A stretch of DNA of 64,000 nt, from assembly GCF_009914755.1 (NCBI RefSeq), contig NC_060929.1. One strand, written 5' to 3'. This document shows, piece after piece, positions 56,359-64,000 of the stretch. The translations under genes were made by a program, and so were the position numbers. The DNA comes from the human T2T-CHM13v2.0 reference genome, Homo sapiens. The notes beneath the pieces are model-generated. The model did not search any database. It worked only from the letters and a program-made list of their open reading frames with translations, and was not told the DNA's origin. Within the stretch, counting starts at the first letter, position 1, and every line of letters begins with the position of its first letter.

Positions 56359-58974
56359 ACTACCTAATCAAATTGTTGCGAGGATTAAATAAAATGATAT
56401 ATGTCATAGTGCCAAATAACAAGCCCTCAACAAATGGCCATTATCTTTATTACTAGTGGGATTTAGATCATGTGCTTCTTACTAAAATAATAAATAATAT
56501 TTATTGTTTGTTTCAGCTATGAAAAGAAAACATTTGGAAGATCACTGATTCCTTCATGGAGAGGCTGGCTTGGGAATAGATGACGTGTCAAAGATTGACA
56601 TCAACCTTGAGTGCTTATTTGTGGACTTGAGATACAGATAAAAAAAAAAAAAAAAAAAACCTCCCTAGAGTGAGGGCTACTTGGGATACATGCTATATCC
56701 CAAGGAGTTCTCAGTTTGAGGTCAGCCCCAGCTCTACAACTCACCAGGAGAGTGCGCGAGGATGAGGGAGAGACAGCCTGCTCTGGTTCTCTTCAAGGTG
56801 ACAATGACACCTGTTGACAGATGAGAATTCCAGCCAGGAATACAGATTTAGGAATCATGTTTCTCACTCTCATGATGACATAGAAGAGATGCGTCTGAAT
56901 CTTTCTGCCAGTGTGTTAAAGTTATTCTGATATTGACTGTAGTTCTGAGCTTTGTCTCTATCCCACCAAACCACTAACTTCTGGAAATTACTTGTAGACC
57001 AAGATGGGAGGACTCCGTGTGTGGCTCCGTGAGTATGTCTGTTACACATATCAACTGCATTTATATATATTCTATATCTTGTTAGGAAAGGCTAGGCTAT
57101 GCTGCAGAAACGAATAGCCCTAAAATCTCAGTGGCTTAAATGACATAAAGTTATTTTGCTTACGCTGCATGTCCAGATCAATACGAGCTGCCCCTGGCAA
57201 AGAGAAGGGGGACACAGAAAGTTGTATTCTGATACTTATAAACTACTGCCCATATTCCAATAGCTCAAACAGATCCTTAGCCACACCTAACATTAGGAAA
57301 GAGTTCTCTCGTCAGTGTTAGAATTTTTCTAATTCAAATGGATCTACCTGTGGTCAGTGGGATCTAACTGACATCTTGAACCTTTGAAATTATCTGGCTT
57401 GAAGCTGTCGAGTACTGACCAGTGATCTAGTGAAAACAAGACAGGATGGGGATTTTAAAATGCCTGCTAAGAATCTCTTTTAAGAAAAGAGTGATATTTC
57501 ATCTGCTCACTATGTTCAAAATTAAACCTGTTTCATGCTTTATATTTAAGTCTTAAAATAGATACAGAAAGTTTGGACAATAGAACAGTCAAGATGCAAT
57601 AGCAATGCTGATTTTTAAAATAAATGGTTAAAATAATCTTTGTAAGAATAATAGAATTACAGTGTTTTGAATTTTTCCAAGGCAGAGATCAGGACAGATG
57701 TTTCATTTGTATGCCTGTATCACTTCATTGCCTTAGTTCAGATTAATTTTGCTTATAATTTGGAAGTTGATAAACTAATCCACTTAGTTGAAGGTTGACT
57801 TCAGATCACAACTGCCAGTTAAAACACCATGAACACACTGGACTTTTCAACTGTTTTGAATGAAATGTGCAAGTGAAGCCAGCAGAAATATCACTGTAAG
57901 TCACTATTTACTGACTGCCTCGCATGTGCCTGACACTGGTTTAAGCACATTAAACACATTATCATTTACCATCTTCCCAGCAAGAGACAAGGCTGCTAAG
58001 GCTTTGAGAGCTACCATGTTCTGTTCAAGGTCACGTGGCTGATACATGTCAAAGCCAAAGCCTAATCTCAGGTTTATCTGAATCCAAAGGTCAAATTGGA
58101 TTAATTCACTGCTATTGAACTGAATAGCAGTGACTTAATGAGACTGACTCCACTGAGGGAACCTCACAGATTTGGAGGAAGATTTTGACTGTATATGTGC
58201 TTATTTGACTGTTTTCCATTCGAGGAACTGAGACACGAAAAGAGTTCACTCAAGGATAAGTTGTGAGTCTTATGTCAACCAGAAATTATCTCTAGTTATT
58301 ATTTCTGAAAGTGATAAAATAACATTATGTTCCAAGTCCTTGATGGAGAGCTTGATCCCTGGATTTGAGCTCTTTGAGAGCTTACTGGCCCTGGGAAAAG
58401 TATAACTGGTACTTGAGCCTTTTAGCTTATACTTCTCAGTCAGATTTTTTGAAACTTCTGTTCCTCATAAACTCAAGCCAAAGCATGACTATGCATAGAA
58501 CATGCAACAGCTCTTCAGGAAGGGAAATTGCTGCCCAGGATTCCAAATTTGAAATCATGCAATGCTATTTAAAGGCTTGGCCAAACTTCAAAGTTGGTTG
58601 AATTCACTAGGGGTAACCTGGAATTTCTGTTTCCCAGAAAGGGATTTCTTGACATTTTCTCCTAACCTTGTGATGGTCCCTTATTCTGAGGACCCTATAG
58701 GATATTCACTGATTCTATAAGCATTTTTTGAGAACCTCCTCTGTGCTAGGCATGTGCTGGTAATATTGTGGTAGACAGAACATAGTGTTTGCCCTTAAGG
58801 AGCTTATAGTCTAGTCAGGAATATAGAACATGACATGGGCAATGAGTTCAGTTGTCTTTTTTTTTTTGAGCTACAATGCCACATTTAATATTCTTTCCAG
58901 TGATGCCTTGGACTAAGCAGGTACTTTCAATTTAAGGCAATGGGTCACAGTGTAAGGAAGACTTGGGGACAGAT

Positions 58975-59170
58975 AGGGACACACAGGTAAGTGATTGGTC
59001 ATGTTGCACATTAGCCCTATTACTTAACCTCACTGAGCTTCAAGTTTCCCCTCTGTAAAATGGGAATAATAATACTGGCTTTGAAGGGCACTGTAAGGAT
59101 TAAATGAGGTAATACGTGTCAAACATCTATCATCGTGCCTGGTTCACAGCAAGTGCTCATAACTGTTAAC
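58975..59170. mobile_element. MIR
   Basis: ttacttaacctcactgagcttcaagtttcccctctgtaaaatgggaataataata. Confidence 0.8.
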
Positions 59171-60390
59171 ACAGCCAATAAAGGTGAGAAATAGTGAGGA
59201 TGTCAGTAACAATAAGAAAGAGTAAAAACTGTAACAATGAGATGGGGGTAGAAATAAAATATAGGCTGATGAGAGAAAAGGGTTCAATCACTGAAGCTAT
59301 TTTCTCTGCAAGTCACCCCTTAAAATGTGTATTCGGATGCAATTTCCAGCCTTTAAAAAAATACATAAAGAGTCAACTTTTTATTAAATTTGTATGTAAA
59401 GGGCAGATATAGCTGAATGGGAGCTGGTTTAAACTGAGCCCAAACTTTTTTCCTTTTTCTTTTTTCTCTTGTCCTTTCCTTCCCTGGGTCCAGAACAATA
59501 AGCTTTGTTTAGAGGAAGAGTATTTACCCAAGGCCTGTTTCCACTTAAGATATTTCAGCAGGACAGTGAATAACCTCTTACACTATTGAGAAATTTTCAC
59601 TGTCTGGAATTACTGGAACAAAGATGTCATTATTAAAACAAACTTTTGACCTTCTATAGAACGGTCACTTTAGCTACAAGAGAATCATTCACAATGGCTT
59701 TATAAGAATGGAAGCTATGACATCATTATTATATACAACACTCTATCAAAGATCTTGATTGTGAGAATCAGTTAGAATTCTTTGGTGGCAAGCAACAGAA
59801 CTAACTCTGGCTCACTTAGGCAAAAGAAACAATTTATTCCAAGGCTATCAGGGTTGCTTACAGATCTGAGGGAAAGGCTGAAAAACCAGGTTTCTGAGAG
59901 CACAAGAACCAGGGCAACAGCTTAGGAAGCAGAAACTAACAGATTTTTGGGGTCACCCGTACCAGATGAATCAACTTCATTTATTTTGTCTCTGCTTCAG
60001 CTCTCTCAGTATTTAATTTCCTGGGAGAGAAAATCTGGTTGGCCAAACTTGGGTCTTGGGCCCAGGGGGCAGCCAGAGGGCAGCAGAGCACCTTGATTGA
60101 CAGTCCTACAAAGCCTTCCTCCAGTCAGTGAGGGGCAGGTAGTTCCTTGAGGAAACTGAGGCTTGGCCACCCAAAGTGGGACTAGATCATGGGAAGATAT
60201 CAATACTTTCATACTACGCAAGCTTCTAGGGCAGAGATATCATGGAGGAATCATCACTTTACTTAAAGGGACAACTGAGGAACTGAATTAAAGTAGTTTG
60301 CCCAGGAGCCACAGGTAGTGGCAGAAAGGAAATGTTCTGACTCCTACCAGCCAAATGGGAATTTCCCTTATTCCATCCAGTTGGCTAAAG

Positions 60391-60537
60391 CAGTGGTTCA
60401 GAGACTTGGCAGTGCATCAGAATTACCTGTGGAGCTTGCTAAAAATAGAGAAGCTAGGTTTGGCATAGGGCTGGGGCATCTGTATTTTTAATAAGCTTCT
60501 TGTGTGATTCTGCTTACAACCAACTTGGAGGCCCACT
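60391..60537. mobile_element. MER5A1-type MITE
   Basis: cagtggttc...gcatcagaattacctgtggagcttgctaaaa. Confidence 0.7.
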
Positions 60538-60606
60538 ACATCATCAAATTTCCATAGGATCTGATATAGGAAAAGAACATTGCAGAAATAAAAATGGGAT
60601 AAGGTA

Positions 60607-61020
60607 TGATACAGTTTGAATATTTGTCCCCACCAAATCTCATGTTGAAATGTGATCCCCCAATGTTGGAAGTAGGGCCTAGTGGGAAGTGTTTGGGTCA
60701 CAGAGGCAAATCTCTCATGAATGGCTTGGTGCCCTCCTTGCCATAATGAGTGAGTTCTTACTCTATTAGTTCATGCGAGAGCTGGTTGTTTAAAAAGCCT
60801 GGCGCCTCTCCTCCATCTCGCCTGCTTCCTCTCTCACCATATGACTCATCTTCTCTCCTTTCACCTTCCTCCATGAGTAAAAGCTTCCTAAAGTCCTGAC
60901 CAGAAACAAATGCTGGTGCCATGCTTTTTGTACAGCCTGCAGAACCATGAGCCAAATATACTTTTCTTTATAAAGTACCCAGTCTTGGGTATTCCTTTAT
61001 AGCAATGCAAAATGGATGAA
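60607..61020 (+). mobile_element. MST (MSTB-like) MaLR solo LTR
   Basis: tgatacagtttgaatatttgtccccaccaaatctcatgttgaaatgtgatcccc...ttcctttatagcaatgcaaaatgga. Confidence 0.88.
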
Positions 61021-61669
61021 TTTAGTAATTTTAGGGGAAAGGTTTGGGTTTGTTGACAACATTTTTTGAGGTCCAATTTGTGTTAGCTGATTTCATGGTT
61101 TGAGGTTTGAGGGAATGTGAGGACAGGGAGAGGTCTTTCCCTATTTGTGACAAGCCTGCACCAAGTGGATCAGGCAGGTTAGGCTGTTTCCTAGAAAGCA
61201 TCTACCGTTGAGCATACTAAGCATTGAGCATATTAAGCATTGAGCAAGGAGCAAGGCTGGGACCCCTCTTGGGTAGTCCTGACTATCTACAGTATTAAAG
61301 GGGGAGGATCAGATTATACGGGTAGTGTACCCAAGTGCCAAGATCTAGAATACAAAAAAGGGTTGGGAAATAGGCCTGAGCTGGCACAAACAGGAAAAGA
61401 TCTGTTACCTTTATCTTGTTTCCTCACAGCTGATGAAGACAGGCTAATGCTAAGTCTCTTAACCAACCTGGAGGATGGAGAAGATGGGAGAGTGCTATTC
61501 TTCTTCTAGGAAGCTGCATTCCTCAACTCTTTACCTGGGTACTCCTATCCACCCTTCAGGTCCTTGTTTAAATATTACCTCCTCAGAGAGGCCTTCCTAA
61601 CACCCTCTTCCCCCAGCTCAATCTAAACTAGGGTCCTTGCTGTTCTTTCTGTGGTCATCTGGTCTTTCC

Positions 61670-61840
61670 CAGAGCCAGATTCATGGACATGCAATATGTA
61701 CAGTCATTCTGCACTTAGAAGGACTCCATGCTTGGTTTAATGCTCTGCTGTCACCATCCTGAAGTTCTTAATACTTTTTGAACCAGGGGTCCTCCATTTT
61801 CATTTTTCACTGGGTTCTGCAGATTATATAGCTGGTCCTG
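61670..61840. mobile_element. MER91-type hAT element
   Basis: cttggtttaatgctctgctgtcaccatcctgaagttctta...attatatagctggtcctg. Confidence 0.7.
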
Positions 61841-62469
61841 TTCTTTCCCTTTCTTGAACTTAGCACCTTTAATTGCTATTAATTTAGGTGTTAATAGTCC
61901 TAACATCTAGCTCCATGCCTCCCACTGTCATACAGGCTTGATAAACGTTGCTTAACCTTTTCAAATTATGGTTATTTGACTACTTTTGATTTACAAAAAA
62001 GCATATTCATATGATTAAACCTAAACTATTCTGGATGAATGAATAGATGAATGAATGAATGATGGAAGGAAGAAAGATACTTTGGACAAGTGCATTGTTG
62101 ACCCAATATCCGCTCACCTACTTCCTTTCTAATAGAACTTAATTATGATCAGGTGTCCATCCCTTCCCCAGTGACTCAGGGGAGGTGACCCAATTCCCAA
62201 TTCCAAGGTAGATCCTGATTAGCCTACATTTTCTTTTTCTTAAAAATAGTCTTCTCTCTCTGGACGTTGTCAGGTTTGAATCTGACTCCCAGGACTGCTA
62301 AAGTCATCTTGCTATCGGTCTAACAATTAAACCAACCAAAGCGAAAAGTAGCGCCAAGGAAATTGCATAAAAGCGGTAGCAATATGCATAAATAAAAGCA
62401 GTATTCTAGATGGCCCTTGCTGTACCCTGAGCTTCTTATTATGTGAGATAATAGGGTTTCTGTATTGTT

Positions 62470-63000
62470 TCTTCTAGTTGTCTATTGCTATAAAACAGTT
62501 ACCACAACATGGAGTGGCTTAAAATAGCATCCATGTTATTAAATTTCATAATTTTGTAGGCCAGGAAGCCAGGAAGGACTTACTTAGGTAATTCTTCTAT
62601 TCCATGTACCATTGACTGAGGTCCCTTAGTGATATTCAGCTGGCTGATGGACTGGTCTTTAGAGTCCACATATTTGGCACCTTGGCAATGCTGGCTGGAA
62701 GTGCAGGCTCAGCTGGGACATTTAACCAGAACACACATACATGACCTCTTCAACATGGCCATCTCAAGGTACTCAGACTTCTTCCCCAGGGTGAAGGGCT
62801 TCCAGAGAGAGTATTCCAAGAGACAGGAAGTAGAAGCCTTCAGTCTCTTAAGGCCAGAGCCTGGACTGGCACAGCATCACGTCTGTCATATTCTGTGGGT
62901 CAGAGCAGTCACAAATTCCATTGAGATGCAAGGGGAGAGGACATAGTTTACCTCTTGATGGGAAAATTATCACTTTATGGCTATTTTAATGCTTCACATT
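62470..63000 (-). mobile_element. Old MLT1 LTR
   Basis: tctattgctata...gtggcttaaaatagcatccat...ggagaggacatagtttacctcttgatggg. Confidence 0.7.
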
Positions 63001-63125
63001 ATTTAAGTCAATTGGACACTGATTTTCTGTTATTTATAGGCTAAAGAATTCAAGAATTCCTGAGGAATTCAAGGAACTCAAGGTTCTCTCAAGCTTGGGA
63101 AGATATTTCTTCCTGTTCCCCTAAA

Positions 63126-63425
63126 ACAGAAGTCTGTACACTTTTTCTGCAAAGGGCTACATAGTAAATATTTCAGGCTTTACAGGCCACTTGGTCTCTT
63201 TTGAAACCACTCAACTCTGCCAATGAGGCATGAAAAACAGCCATGGAAAATAAATAAATGAATGAGTATGGTTACGTTCCAATAAAAATTTTCTTTATGG
63301 TCACTGAAATTTGAATTTCACGTAATTTTCACATGTCACAAATTGTTTTGTTTTTCATCCATTTAGAAATGTAAAAATCATTCTTAGCTGTGGGCTGTCC
63401 AAAAAAAAAAAAAAATGCAGGCCAG
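63126..63425. mobile_element. MER58B-type hAT element
   Basis: aaagggctacatagtaaatatttcaggcttt...ccaataaaa...cactgaaatttgaatttcacgtaattttcacatgtcac. Confidence 0.8.
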
Positions 63426-63626
63426 GTCCCTCTGTTATTTCTTGGGCTGTATTTTACCAACCCCTACTCTAATATATCAAGCCAGCTTCAGGCTCAGGAC
63501 TTTGCATGTGCTGCCTCCTGGAATGCTGTTCTGGGTGGGTCTCCATGTGGTTTGTACATTCTCTTCATTGGGTTTTATCTCAAATATTACCGCTTCAGGA
63601 TAGTCTTCTCTGATCACTCTATCTAA

Positions 63627-63969
<343 letters not shown>

Positions 63970-64000
63970 CTCTCCTTGTATTTTCTTGATAGCATGTCTA

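Noticed and set aside
60357-60366. Perfect NF-kB site GGGAATTTCC (also GGGAGTTCCC at 8964 and its reverse complement at 10103)
   Set aside because: Several GGGRNWYYCC matches are expected by chance in 64 kb and these are not clustered.
61208-61257. Short direct repeats (ttgagcata(c/t)taagca x2.5) as a CRISPR-like array
   Set aside because: Simple tandem slippage with no spacers, in a eukaryotic context.

Overview
Primate (human-like; young AluY present) non-coding DNA, dominated by transposable elements. I found no protein-coding gene, tRNA, rRNA, snRNA or CRISPR array. The ORF track is explained by Alu, L1, Tigger1, ERV-L and microsatellite sequence, or by chance. The window holds about 27 Alus or Alu monomers, L1/L2/MIR fragments and many MaLR/ERVL LTRs. 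It also holds a full-length dead Tigger1 (18614-21568), a degraded two-LTR ERV-L provirus (about 39.1-46.7 kb, minus strand) and a small CpG-rich patch with two strong convergent CTCF motifs (24.5-24.8 kb). The most unusual signal is a set of locally templated copies. Four segments of 69-310 bp were apparently copied from DNA 0.7-2.5 kb away into other repeats, two of them inverted, and several Alus carry small template-switch scars. These look like fossil repair or replication template-switch events, not a new gene system. Repeat family names come from memory of consensus sequences, and many boundaries are approximate.
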